Assembly (NCBI RefSeq): GCF_009914755.1
Contig: NC_060937.1
Length of the DNA: 64,000 nucleotides
Strand: one strand, 5' to 3'
From: the human T2T-CHM13v2.0 reference genome, Homo sapiens
The stretch's first letter is position 1; each line of letters begins with the position of its first letter. Positions 1 to 13,816 of the stretch are shown here, piece after piece. Under the pieces are notes generated by a model. The model was not told the origin of the DNA and searched no databases. It was given only the letters and a program-made list of their open reading frames with translations. A program made the position numbers and the translations under genes.

Positions 1-2153
1 ACATTATACAAGTGAGGCTAAAAGATCATGTTCTAAAATAATATAAGGCACAGGGTAAATCTTAGGTATACCATTTTACCATGCTCTAATGCAGAATTAA
101 AAAAAAAAAGAGTACTCATTTTTTTTCAGTTTACAAATGCAATTTCCCATACTTAATTTATTTTCTAGCCAAAGGCTGTTCTAGCTCATATAGAAACTGT
201 GGTTAAACTTCCAAATCATCAATGTATAGTAAAACACTCAATACACATTCAAGTTATTCTTTTGACTACTCTTTTAAACCTACAAAATAATTTAAAGTTG
301 AAATAAGGATGCTTTCAAATAGGATTGAACCCAATAATCTAACTTCTCTCTTGCTTTTAGTCAAGCCTAATATTTTTGTAAAAATGTTGAAATATGAGCA
401 AAGGCAAAACATTAACAAGACAAATATTGTAACTATGTATCACAACCATAAGCAGGATGTGACAATAATTTCCCACTACTTTCGTAGTCATTTCCAATGA
501 ATTCTTTTTGGCTCATCTTAAATCAGAACAGATGACTGGTGGATGTATGTAGGGGAGAAAGAAATCTTGCTGTAGAAGATGCAGGCGGTGAGAAGTTTAA
601 CATGGAACAGAGTGAGAAATGTCAACACCAGGAAAGTGGAAATAAACTAATTGGGACTTATGCTTATAATCCACATAGCAGGGTATCAGTGAAGAGGGAG
701 TAGAGAAGAACAGAAATAAAAATGTGTGTATAAAAACTCAAGAAATAGAAACTGGTATAAAGGGCTGTGACAAATGCAGACAGGAGATTCAACACTAATT
801 AACAGCTCACCATTTCTTTTTAAGTGTTTTGGAAGTTCTAAATTCCTCCTTTTGATACTTTTAATTTTTCAAGGATACCCATCCAGGGTCAGTTCAGAGA
901 ACTGGCTCACCAAAACTGCAATAGAATTGTAGAACGTGAGGAAAAAACAGACTTAAATTTTAAAAACCTGCTCTCTCCCTGCCAAAAAACTTGGCACTAA
1001 GTGAAGTGGCAGAAAAGTTTAGCAAAATAAACTCAAATCTTTACTTCTTTACTCTCATCTTTACCTACCTAGAATGACATTACTATATGATATGATATTT
1101 ATTCCAGTCACTTCTTGTATGACTGAATTCATGGTATCAGTTGGATAGAAGTATTTTAATAAAATTTTGGCTGAAAACTGGTAGAAAGAGCAGGTAGTGC
1201 CAGAGAGCAGTTGTGTGCCAGATAGTAAAGGTTTTATGCATAAATTATTTTCCTTAGGTCTAACTAATGAGTCAATGGTAGGGTCAATATCAGTCAGGAA
1301 ATCCTGGATTTGTAATATAATCGAAACCTTCGGAATGTGTATTGAGAATTTAAGATCTTTTGGCAATGACTAGAAAAACTAGTAATTTTGATTTCACTCT
1401 TGTATTACTAATTTAACTAATAGAAAATGCAGAACTTAATATGTTCATACATTGAAAAGGAAACCTCGTGCAAGAAAAAGAAGATAGATGTTTTCAATCA
1501 TTGTTTTCAAAGGCTCTTGAATTATCTCTTACAAACCCTAAGGAGACATTTGTCAGCCATTTTTTCTTATACACACACCCACATATAAGGAGAATATTAT
1601 AGTATCCTTTCTGATTTAAATACTGCTGAGGCAACACAGAAGCTAGACATCCATGGCTAAATGGAAAATAGAATAGGGAAATATATAGAGTGTGGCTGCA
1701 ATTGAGTAGAGGAAAGAATCTCAATGCAGAAATACAGGAAAGAGAGAGAAGCAGGACTTAGGCCCTTTATTATATGTGTACTTGGCTTCTCAGGACCATA
1801 GCCAAAGGGGAAAATAAAAAAAAAAAGAAAAGAGGAGAGTGATGCTCTTTTGAAATACAATATTCACATTCTTTAACACAAGAACATTGAGAAGTATTTA
1901 GTATGGGTTTTTTTTATAATCTCTGCTAAATTACAAACAATTGTCCTAAATGTCCTCATATGTATAAATAATCAGTAAATGATAAAATTGCTAGCTATAT
2001 TAGAGGAAATGAAGTTGCTAATTTGGTTACTTTCTTGCTAAAAGCATTCATGGACACAGCTATAATCTCTTAGAAATGTGTTTGGCAATCTTTGGGAATG
2101 TTCATGGAAGATTCATATTTAAGACTGTGTCATTGAAATAAAGTGATATAAGG

Positions 2154-2684
2154 CATGGGTCCCCAACCCTCTGGGCCACAGACAGGTATTTGTCCATGGC
2201 CTGTTAGGAATGGGGCCACACAGCAGGATTTGATTGCTGGTTGAGCTTCATCTCTATTTACAGCCACTCCTCATTGCTCACATTACCACCTGAGGTTTGA
2301 CTCCTGTGAGATCAGTGGTTGCATTAGATTTCTCACTGTAGAGCGAATCCTATTGTGAACTGCACATATGGGGGATCTCAGTTGGATGCTCCTTATGAGA
2401 ATCTGATGCCTGATGATCTGTCACTGTTTCCCATCACCCCTAGATGGGACCATCTAGTTGCAGGCAATCAAACTCAGGGCTCCCATTGATTCTACATTAT
2501 GGTAAGTTGCATAAATATTTCATTATACATTACAATATAATAATAGTGGAAATAAAGTGCACAATAAATGTAATGTGCTTGAATCATCCTGAAACCATCC
2601 CCCGACCCCACCAACTCCCTGGTCCATGGAAAAATTGTCTTCCGCAAAACGAGCTCCTGGTGCCAAAAATCTTGGGGACCGCTG
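2154..2684 (+). mobile_element. MER1A non-autonomous hAT-Charlie DNA transposon, full length
   Basis: Termini catgggtccccaac...ttggggaccgctg form a TIR. The body matches the recalled MER1A consensus (ggcctgttaggaa, ccttatgagaatct, gaaataaagtgcacaataaatgtaatg). 8-bp TSD atataagg/atctaagg. Confidence 0.92.
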
Positions 2685-3029
2685 ATCTAAGGGAAAGAAC
2701 ATTACATTCTTCTTCTACTTATTTTGCGTACCTAGCTTCCATTATCTTTCTGGTTTGACTCTATGGTCATTTTCATTGTGAGAAAGCAGTAATTGCAAGA
2801 TAAAAAGGAGTAGTGTGCATGCTGCCCTAGACATAAAAAATGCAAATACCAGTTTCTACAGGCAGCGTGTGTGTGCGCACATGAATACATGTATGTGTTT
2901 GTGTGTGAGAGTGAATATATTTGTGATATACAGGCTTAAAATACACTTTGCTGGACTACTAGTTTTCTTAAGCAGAATTGTTAGAAATTGTCTATAACAA
3001 ATAAAATATAAGTCATTTTCTAACCTCAG

Positions 3030-3485
3030 TAGGAAGACCACATTTCAGTTCTAGACACAAAGCATTAAAAATAATATCAAACATTGGAAAGCACTAAGAG
3101 AAAGTGTTAGAATCTAAAGAAATTTAGGAAATGTAGGAGATTATTTTTCAGACAAATGTCTGAAGAAAGTGGGTTTAGAAAGATGAGGAAAGACTAAATG
3201 GCATTAAACTCTTAAATATTTGAACACTTTGGACCAAAAACATTGTTTTATGTTGCCCCATAGGATAAAAGTAAAAACAAAAGAAGACCATATATAAACA
3301 CCTGTTTTAGTTAATTATATGGTAGACATTTCTGATATTTAGAACTGTCCAAAGATAGGATGAAAGTTGAAAGTAAACAGAGACATTCCACAAAGAAATG
3401 TTTTCATTCAGTTTATTTAAATATGGAAGGAACATATGTAGTAAAATTAAATATAAGACCTCTTCTAAGCCTTAGAGATTATAAT
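3030..3485 (+). mobile_element. L3/CR1 LINE 3' fragment, highly diverged
   Basis: Residual L3 3' motifs: ctcttaaatatttgaa, tttctgatatttagaactgtccaaagatagga, ataagacctcttctaagccttagagattata. Confidence 0.55.
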
Positions 3486-4139
3486 ACCATCATGAAACTG
3501 TGGAAACCAGCACCTTTTTGGGGATATCTTTCCTTGATATTTTAAGTCCTATACAAATATATTTTATCATAGAACAATTAACAAATTAGTAAATGTGACA
3601 GGGCTATGTAATAAAGCTGTCTAGTCTGTTTACTATATTTCATGTATTATAAGTCTTCATACGGATATATTTACAAAGTAGTACTTGAATTATAAAACTG
3701 AAAAAACAATCTTATAAAAGTCACAGTAAGAATTTCATGAAAAATGAAGATTTTTAGGATTTTACTAAATATAGTATAGTTTCTTTCTCTTGTAAAATGG
3801 GATGAGTTCAATATTAAATTTTCTGTAAGCAATGTAATTTTCATCTAGGTCATTCTTACATGTGTGAAGAAGAAACTTGGGACTGATTTTCTAAGAAACA
3901 CCCATCTCCCCATGAGTTACCATTATGATATACATTATGATTTTCACAGAGCTTTGTCTCATTACTTTTACTTATTATACTCATAGAAATATTTATCTTT
4001 GATATCCAGGATTCAGGATTCTTATCTTCAGCTGCAGGCTCTAGTGATTGACATTTCAAGGCGATTGAATAACACTAGCACTTAAAATGTATGGAATTTT
4101 AATTCAAAATTAAAAATGGAAAATTTACAAATACTTATG

Positions 4140-4186
4140 TATAGATCTATATCTATAGATAGATATGTGTGTGTGTATATATATAT

Positions 4187-4220
<34 letters not shown>

Positions 4221-4253
4221 GTATATATATATATACGTGTGTATATATATATA
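4140..4253. repeat. Compound (TA)n/(CGTGTG) microsatellite
   Basis: Seen directly: (ta)n runs separated three times by cgtgtg, preceded by gata/gt repeats. Confidence 0.95.
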
Positions 4254-4259
4254 AACAAA

Positions 4260-4478
4260 CAGTAGTCCTTTGCAGTAGGCTCACACTGGCTTGTGCCAGC
4301 TGGTAAGAGCTGATTTTGTACATTTCTTCCCAAGCGAATGCCCAGCGACATGGTATTGGTAGTCTGAAATCAGTTAATCTGGGAGAATTTATACCATGGA
4401 AATTGACAAGTGCTGCAAATCAGGATTTTTTTTCCCCCTGGAGAGACAGTTTTTACATATTTACTGAATATAGTACTG
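4260..4478 (+). mobile_element. MER63A-like hAT DNA transposon
   Basis: cagtag...tactg termini. Internal catttcttcccaa, ttggtagtctgaaatcag, ataccatggaaattgacaagtgctgcaaatcagg match the recalled MER63A consensus. Confidence 0.7.
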
Positions 4479-5815
4479 ATAAAACCTAATCATATAATAG
4501 GAAATATACATATACATTGAAGTTTAAATCCCAAGCAGTAATATTGTCATATTTTGTAATAATTGTCTACTTGTTATGAACAACATATTATCCATTTGTA
4601 AATTGAGGTGCTACGTGACTTACCTAAATTGTTTAAAGAAAAGTGTTTAATAATTCTTTGGATTATTCATTAAATTATATCTATTATGCTTATAAATTAG
4701 ATTCAGTGCTATCAGAGAGAATAAATTAGAAACAAGTGATATAACCCAGATAAAGTTGAGTAGAAAATGAAGGACAAAGCTAAGTCAGTTCTGGTAATAC
4801 TCAGGAGAGAAATAGTATTTCCCAGTGAAGAGAATAAATATTTGAAGAGAAAAAAATGCCATATATTTAATTAAAAGAATGATCATCATATATTTTAAAT
4901 AAATCTAACATCTCAGCTACATGTAGCGGAGAATCAAAGCTGTGTTCACCAAAGCAAATCCAAAGTGCCTATTCAGGTTTTGAGAATTTATGGAATACCC
5001 CATCCAGATGTCCTTTTGCATTTCTCCAACTTAAAGAAAAGGAGTCCTTGGAGAAAGAAGCTAGGTGGAAAAGCCAGCAGAATAGTAAAAATACCCTCAA
5101 CAAAAAGAAGGAGTGATTCTAAATACAGCAAGGTGTGTCTAGCACTCAAATTTGTCTTTGAGTCCATGGTTGGATCCTAGGACATCAACAAAGTCTGAAA
5201 AAGTAGTTGTTACTAGAATTCTAAAACGGTAGAGAGGAAGGCACTATAGCTTTAATGATCTTCTAACTTAGAGTAGCATTAAATCTGAAACCAGGAGAAT
5301 ATGTTCGTGCAAATCACAGAAAGCATCCAGTGAAGAGGTAAAAAGTAAATGTACCTTCTTATGAGCATAATTGAAACCTCTGTTGAATCCCAGAAATCAC
5401 ATACAGGATTTAACAAGAAAGTTAGTGTCCTGCAGTAATAAGTGAAGAAGAGCCACGAAACAAAGATTATAATGTCACAGCAACACATATTACCAGCTCA
5501 GTGAAAATTATCTAAAAATATTTATTGGCATTTTTCATCATAGCTATATAAATAGTAATTATTATTTTATTTGACTAAATTGCAGAGTCAAAGAACTAGG
5601 CAACTAAATAAAAAAGGTAAAAAAAAGAAACAAAATATCAAATTTACTGAATTTTTCACTATTAACAGCTAGAAGAGCACCTATAAATGCCATGGATTAT
5701 AGCAAATTAGGGAAAGCCTAACTGTTCCTTTTTCAATCAGGTTTAGGCAAGGAGACACAGGCCATAAAGAATGACAAGCACTGTATTTATGGCTGAAACT
5801 TCAAATCAACCAATA

Positions 5816-5818
<3 letters not shown>

Positions 5819-5858
<40 letters not shown>
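5819..5858. repeat. (TG)20 microsatellite
   Basis: Perfect dinucleotide run seen directly. Confidence 0.98.
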
Positions 5859-5861
<3 letters not shown>

Positions 5862-8544
5862 CACCAGAATATTGGTTTTATAATTCTTTATATGATCAAT
5901 TTTACATGTTTGAGTAAATATCACCAACTCTAGTAGCTTTTAAAAATACTTACCCCATATAACTATGTAAAATATAAGTGCATAAATTTGTTACGTAAAT
6001 ACATAGAATATAAACATATTATATTTGGAATAACCTACTAGGAGACTATTATTTGGTGCTATTATGGATAAGGTATTTTATCTTACATTTTTGAGTACAT
6101 TTTCTTTGGAAGGAGGAAAAAGTCAAAGATGAAAAACTCATATTTCTGTCTCTCTGGTTGTCCCTTGAGACAGAGGCAAAAGGACGGAATAGAAACAGAA
6201 CGTTTATATTTTACAAAGGAGGAATTTAAAAGCTTTATTTTGTTATCTGGAAAATTGAAAACACACCAGGGTATAAGTGAAAACAAAGATAATCAAGAAC
6301 AATCATATTATGGAGGATTTCATGATATGCCATCCTTTGAATCTTTTTCTCTTACTTTTGTTTTATGTGCTCGTGTGTGTGTTTGTGTGCATGAGTGTGT
6401 GTTGTTTATTTTCTTTTTCATCATTGGGAACATCAGGTAGAATTAGGTCTGTACAACATACTGTGTACAAACACAAAGAAACATATATAATGTGTTTTCT
6501 TCCTGTTTGTCACATGCTGAATAAGGGCTCTTCCTTGGAGACATTCTCTATTCTCTAGTTTTCTCAGTCTAGTGTCAGAAAAAATAATTCTTAAACACAC
6601 TGCTGAATTTGAAATCTGTGGCTCTGTTGAATCTTGCTTTGTTCTTCTAAGTGCTAAGGATCTACACAGAACTTTGGAAGGAATATATGGTTTGAAGCAT
6701 ACCATGGTCTCACACTCATTAAGTTATTACACTTATGGTTAAAAAATACTTCAAATTTTATGTTTCTTTTGCCTCTTTTTAGTTCTACAATATAGAATCA
6801 CCTTCAATAGGAAGTGCACCATATTTTATTCACACTGAAACTAAAATAAGAAAGAAATTAATTTTTAAAAAATATTTAAAGACTTGAGATGTTCTCAAGC
6901 ACTTTATTTTTGCTAATAACAAAATAATATATTAAAATATTTTAAGACAATATTCTTATACACAATATAGTTAAAATTTAAATATCAAATAATCTGCCAA
7001 GTCACTTGCTCATTACAGCAAGCAAAAATTTGAATGACTTAAACACTTGACTATACATTTAAACCTTTGTGAGATTTTAAAATTAGTGTCTGTCCAAGGA
7101 AAATGATTGGCACCTTGCAAATAATGTTGGTTATTTACTTACAGTGTCTGTAATAAACTCCCCAGATTTATCAGATATGTACAGACTTTTTTTCCTAAAA
7201 GAGGGAGACTTGACCAGAATCTCCTATTAGATTCTCAAGTTTTTCAAGATCATGTGGATTCCAGATTATGTGTGATTCAGTATTAGCATTTTCTAGATTT
7301 GTTCCTTCTTTCTTTCTCTTCTTGTTGTTTGTATATAATTATGAATCCTAATTGAACAAAAATAGAGAAATGTGACTCATAGCCTGACACGTTTGACATT
7401 TGAGCACACAGAGGCATTATTCCAATTAGTAGGTCATAATTCAGCAGAGATGTGGGAGGCAATAAACACATTTTCCTTTAGTATGATTATTTGTTTCTTA
7501 AGAGAAGTCAAATGTAATAAGAAACCATTTAATTTTCATCCTATACTTTTCCTAGAAAGTCCATTCGAGTCCTAAAACAGTCAACATTATTTTTCCCAAT
7601 TCTAAAAGTATACATTTGCCTTTTGAAAAATTTGCAAAGTATAAAATTATTAATAATAATTAAGGAATTATTCCATTTATAAACAATCCAACAGATTAAA
7701 TGTTGTTATGTTTCATTGCTTTATTCTCTTGATTTCTATAGTCACTTTTTTGGTAAACTTCTTTATATGTTCAGTGCCCTCCTGAATAAGGCACGTTTTG
7801 ATCCAGGAGAAGTATATCTCATTCTTATTCCACTTAATTTTGTTTAGGTTAACCTTACTTTTTAATTTTTATTTTGACTAAATTCATTAAAGCATTGTCT
7901 TAAGGTAAAGCCACTCCTGCTTTAAATTGAACCAAAGGGATTTTTTTGCCCTGAGGGCTGAAACACAGGGAGGAATCAGCTACCATCTCATACCACACTC
8001 TCCAGAAGTTAGCTATTTTTTATTAGGTTTTCTGTTGTTATAAAGATAAGATTCCCAAAGAATTGCAAGATATACAAGGTCTTTCATATTCTAGTCTAAT
8101 ATTGACGTTTGCAGATCTCATGTTCCACAGTTTCCAATCAAGTACATTTCAATCCAGTCTTATTATGCTAAGAGAAAATGATTTTTTTCAATAGTGTACA
8201 CCATTATTTTCCATCTTTTTATTCAATGAATTCAAGAGGGATGCTGTCTGATCAGGTCTATCATGCTATCCCAGTCCACAGCAGAGTTGTGTTATACAAT
8301 TTATCTGTCACGGAGACTTCAACTCATAAATAACTATGAAATGAATGAAAGTAACATAATGCTTCTGAAGTGTTTCCTATCTCCCAAAGTGAGATGGATT
8401 TCAGATGTTATTCCTCTATGTTACTTCTTTCAAATTTCTATTACATAATTTGTTATGTTTTATTACAATTACTGATATTCTTTTTCTGTCTCCAATAATA
8501 TTTTGAGTTCTTCGGCTCAAGGACCACAACAGATGACAAAGTCA

Positions 8545-8990
8545 GAGTTAGTGAGGTAAGTAACAGTAGGGGTAGAGAATATTAGATGCAATCTAGAGAT
8601 ACTTCGTTAATAGAATTGGCATGACTAGGTGAGCAATTTGATGTATAGAAAATAAACTAGAAGAATACCATTTTTTGTTTACCTTTAGTGACTATCAATG
8701 ATAGGGGAAATTTTGGAAGATAACAATGTTTGCAGTGATAATAATATTCATTCGATTTGTAGAAATAATCGGTTTGAAGTGCCTATCAGGTATTGGATAT
8801 TTGAGTTTGAAATTCAGTACAGAAATATAGACTGGAATTTAATATTAATCTAATGTACAGTTGATAGTTGAAGCCATAAAATTAAAAAGGTCACTTAGGG
8901 GGCAAGTACTATGAGATTAGGGCTATAAATGAACCCTGAAGATTATCACCATTTAAATGATAGGAAAAAGATGACCTAAAGAAGGAAGTT
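8545..8990 (-). mobile_element. L2 LINE fragment
   Basis: Typical antisense L2 text: tttgaagtgcctatc, ttggatatttgagtttgaaattcag, gttgatagttgaagccat, gaaccctgaagattatcaccatttaa. Confidence 0.55.
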
Positions 8991-10392
8991 TTATTAAAGA
9001 AAGCATTATTATGCACACATATTTTTTAAAAAATTGAAATCAGGAAATCTTTTATGGGAGTTGATTCCATCTCTGCAGAAGATTAATCTAAATTCACTAG
9101 AATTTCAAGCCTACTTTATAGTTAAGAGAGGAAGGCAGAGTATTTGTGATCCACGTTAATGACTACCAGAATTCCCTCTTTTTATAAGCAAATATTCAGT
9201 TCACTTTCCTTTTCAAGCAGAAATCCTTCTCAACTTTGTCCGGGAAAGACAATCAAGAAGTCCCAGCTAGCCACAGCATCCAGCTCAATGTTCAGGATCT
9301 CTATTAATATTATTTTGTCAGGAATGATGAATGATAGTCATTACATTAATCTCTTGTATAGAATTATATACATATTATATATAGAATTATATACTATACG
9401 CATATAATATGCATATTATATATAGAACTATGAACAAAGAAACAAGTAATCTGTCTCACACACCCAACTTATAATTAGTAAATAGGGCCAGGGTAATATC
9501 AGTGGTCACTCACACAGAGAAGAGATAAATGGAAGACAGACAACGGCAATACCAATTCCAATATCCTATAAGGCAACATTGGAGAGGGCCCCCTTCCTTG
9601 GGGAAAATAAATGGTTTTTGACCAGGCCCGATTCTGCTTCCTGGAAGGGGTGGCATTCAATTTGTTGCTAAGAGGGTCTTCCTTTCCTCTTATCCTCTTG
9701 ACCACAACTGAATTGATAACTATAACCTGTATCCTGCTAGATAACTGAATTGCTTTTTGCCCATGGATTGTTGAGGACCTAATAATCATTTTATTCCCAA
9801 AAAGTCAGAATCTTTTAGTTTGGGCTAGCCTTTCTTATGGCAGAACGAATTTCTAAAAGACTCATTTGACTGTTTATCTATTTAATTTAAGTCATTTCCA
9901 TGTGCCAATACCTATGTTCTTTTCTTTTATGAATATGCTCTTTTAATTAATATAAAATGTATTATGTATTTCTGGGGTGTGTGTATTTGTTACATGCATA
10001 GAATGTGTAACAATCAAGTCAGCGTATTTGGGATATCAATCACCTTGAGTATTTATTATTTCTATGTGTTAATAACATTTCAAGTCCTTTTTTCTAGCAA
10101 CTTTGAAATACACTATACAATGTTAACTATAGTCACCCTATTCTGCTATTAAATATTGAGACTTATTTCTTCCAACTATATGTTTGTACACACTTATCAA
10201 TCTCTCTTTATCCTTGCCTACCACCCATACATGCTTCCCAGCCTCTAATATTTCTCATTCTATTCTCTGTCTCCATGAGACCATTTTTTTTTTATTTTTA
10301 TTTTTTTTTAGTTTCCACATATGAGTGAGAACAGGGGACATCTGTCTTTCTCTGCCTGGCTTATTTCACTCTGCATAATAATCTCCAGTTCC

Positions 10393-10612
10393 TGGCTGTG
10401 GCCAACATGGTGAAACCTCGTCTCTACAAAGAATACAAAAATTAGCTGGGCATGGTGGGCGGGTGCCTGTAATCCCAGTTACTCGGGAGGCTGAGGCAAG
10501 AGAATAGCTTGAACCCAGGAGGCAGAGGTTGTGGTTAGCCGAGATCGCACCACTACACTCCAGCCTGGGTGACAGAGTGAGACTCCATCTCAAAAAAATA
10601 AATAAATAAAAA
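10393..10612 (+). mobile_element. 5'-truncated AluS
   Basis: Starts near ggccaacatggtgaaacc, has a complete right arm and an (aaat)n tail. TSD ataataat(c)tccagttcc on both sides. Confidence 0.93.
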
Positions 10613-10850
10613 TAATAATTCCAGTTCCATTCATGTTGCTGCAAATAACATGATTTTATTCTTATTTTAGGGCCAAATAGTATCTCATTGTGCATATATA
10701 CCACATTTTCTTTATCTATTCATCCATCGATGGACACTTGGTTAATTCCATATCTTTGCTATTGTGAATAACACTGCAATAAACATATGAATACATATAT
10801 CCCTTTGATCTGCAGATTTCATTTTCTTTGGATAAATGCCCAATAATGGT

Positions 10851-11468
<618 letters not shown>

Positions 11469-12004
11469 CCCAATAATGGGCTTGCTGGATATTATGGTAG
11501 TTTTATTTTTGGTAATTGTTTTATTTAAGGTAGTTGTTGTTGTTGCTGTTGCTTTGAGAAATTGCCATGCTGTTTTCTACAGTGGTTTACTAATTTATAT
11601 TCCCATCAGCAGTATAAAAGAGTTCCATTTTCTCTGCATCCCTGCCAGCATCTGTTATTTTTCGTCCTTTTAATAATCTTCATTCTAACTAAAGTAAGAT
11701 GACATCTAATTGTGGTTTTGATTTGCATTTTCCTGGTGCTCAGTGATGTTGAACATTTTTTCATATACCTTTTGACCATTTGTATGTCTTCCTTTCAGAA
11801 ATATCTTATTATGTCCTTAGCTCATGTTTTAATGGGATTATCTGGTCGTTTTTATTGTTGAGTTCTTAGAGTTTCTTCTGTATTTTGGACATTAATCCAT
11901 TGTTGTGTGAGTAGTTTGCAAATATTTTCTCCCATTCAACAGGTTTTTTCCTCATTCTATTGATTGTTTTCTTTGCTGTGTAGAAGCTTTTCAGTTTAAT
12001 ATAG

Positions 12005-12318
12005 TGATATGGTTTGGCTGTGTCCCCACATGGGGCCAGGTGGAGATAACTGGATCATGAGAGCAGATTCCCCCATACTGTTCTCATGGTAGTGAATAAG
12101 TCTCACAAGATCTGATGATTTTATAAATGAGAATTCCCTGGCACAAGCTCTCTTGCCTACCACCGTGTAAGATGTTACTTTGCCCCTCCTTTGCCTTCCA
12201 CCACGATTGTGAGACCTTCCCAGCCATGTGGAACTGTGAATCAATTAAACATCTTTCCTTTATAAATTACCCATTCTTGGGCATGTTTTTATCAGCAGCA
12301 TGAAAACAGACTAATATA
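12005..12318 (+). mobile_element. THE1B/THE1C (ERVL-MaLR) solo LTR with a short 5' internal deletion
   Basis: tgatatggtttggctgtgtcccca...gtgaataagtctcacaagatctgatg...cagcagcatgaaaacagactaata. 5-bp TSD tatag/tatgg. Confidence 0.92.
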
Positions 12319-13504
12319 TATGGTCTCATTTATCTGTTTTATTTTTTATAGTTGTCGATGCTTCCAAGGCCCTAACCATGAAATCTTTGCCTAGACCAAT
12401 GTCTTGAAGTGTTTTCCCTATTCGTTCTTCTAGTAGTTTTACAATTTAGGTCTTATATTCAAGTCTTTAATGATCTTGTGTAGATTTATGTATATGGGGA
12501 TATATAAGGGTACAGCTGCATTCTTCAGCACATAAATATCCAGTTTTTCCAGCACAATTTATTGAAGAGATTGTCCTTTCCCCAATGTGTACTCTTGACA
12601 CCTTTATTGAATATAAGTTGAATGTAAATATGTGGATTTATTTCTGAACTCTCTATTCTGTTTTATTGGTGTATGTGTCTGTTTTTACCATGTTGTTTCA
12701 GTTACAATAGACTTGTAATATATTTTGAATTCTGGTAGTGTGATGCTTCCAGCTTTACTCTTTTTGTTCATGATTGCTGTGACTATTTGGGCTCTTTTTT
12801 GGGTCCCATACAAATTTTAGAATTGTTTATTCTAATTCTATGAGAAATGATGTTGTTATTTTGATGGGGACTGCATTGAATCTGTAGACAACTTTGAGTA
12901 GCATGATCATTTTTACAATATTCCTTCTTTTGATACATGATCATGATATATCTTTCCATTTTTTGCATGTCCTCTTCCATTTCTTTCATTAGTGTTTTGT
13001 AATTTTCCTAGTAGAGATCGTTCACCTCTTTGGTTAAATTTATTCCTAGGTATTTTATTTTATTTTTATAGCTGTTGTAAATGTGATTGCCTTCTTGATT
13101 TCTTTCTCAGTTAGTGCATTACTGGTGTATAGAAATGCTACTGATTTTTGTATGTTGATTTTGTATCCTGAAGCTTTACTGAATTCATTTTTTAAATCTA
13201 AGAGTTTTTTGGTGGAGTCGTTAGGTTTTTCTAGATGTAAGATTATATCATCAGCAAAGGACCAATTAGACATTCTCTTTTTCAATTTGGATTCATTTTC
13301 TTTCTCTTAACTGATTTCTCTGGCTAGGACTTCCAACTACTATGTTGAATATGAGTGGTAAAAGCAGGCATGCTTATCTTGTTTCGGATTTTACAGGAAA
13401 GGCTTTTAGCTTTTCCCCATTTGATATGTTAATGTAGGTTTGTCATATATGACCTTTAATATCTTGAGGTAAGCCACGTCTATTGCTAGTTTATTGAGAG
13501 TTTT

Positions 13505-13816
13505 TTTTATTGTTGTTGTTTGTTTGTTTGTTTTTGATGGGGTCTCACTCTGTCACCCAGGCTGGAGGGCAGTGATATGATCATAGCTCACTGCAGCCTC
13601 TATCTCCCTAGGCTCAGGTAATCCTCCTGCCTCAGCCTCCTGAGGAGCTGGGACTACAAGCATGTGCCACCATGCCCGGCTAATTTTTGTATATTTTGTG
13701 GAGTTGGGGTTTTGCCATGTTTCCTAGGCTGGTCTTGAACTCCTGGACTCAAGCAATCCACCACTGTCAGCTTTGCAAAGTGGTGGGATTACAGACATAA
13801 GCCATTGTGCCTGGCC
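13505..13816 (-). mobile_element. AluJ
   Basis: AluJ diagnostics gatcatagctcactgcagcctc and ctcaagcaatcc. TSD ttattgagagtttt/ttgttgagagtttt. Confidence 0.92.

Noticed and set aside
3856-4059. Minus ORF with CENHNVYHNGNSWGDGCFLEN and a GTAAG donor, vaguely like a GPS/GAIN motif when paired with LNPVCDFWDS at 5355-5429
   Set aside because: No acceptor gives a compatible phase, the motif spacing is wrong, and the C-x-C-x-HL end is missing. Treated as coincidence.
9040-9890. Segment that looked like a decayed ERVL/MaLR internal region
   Set aside because: I could not match a diagnostic motif or find flanking LTRs. It needs a Dfam search.
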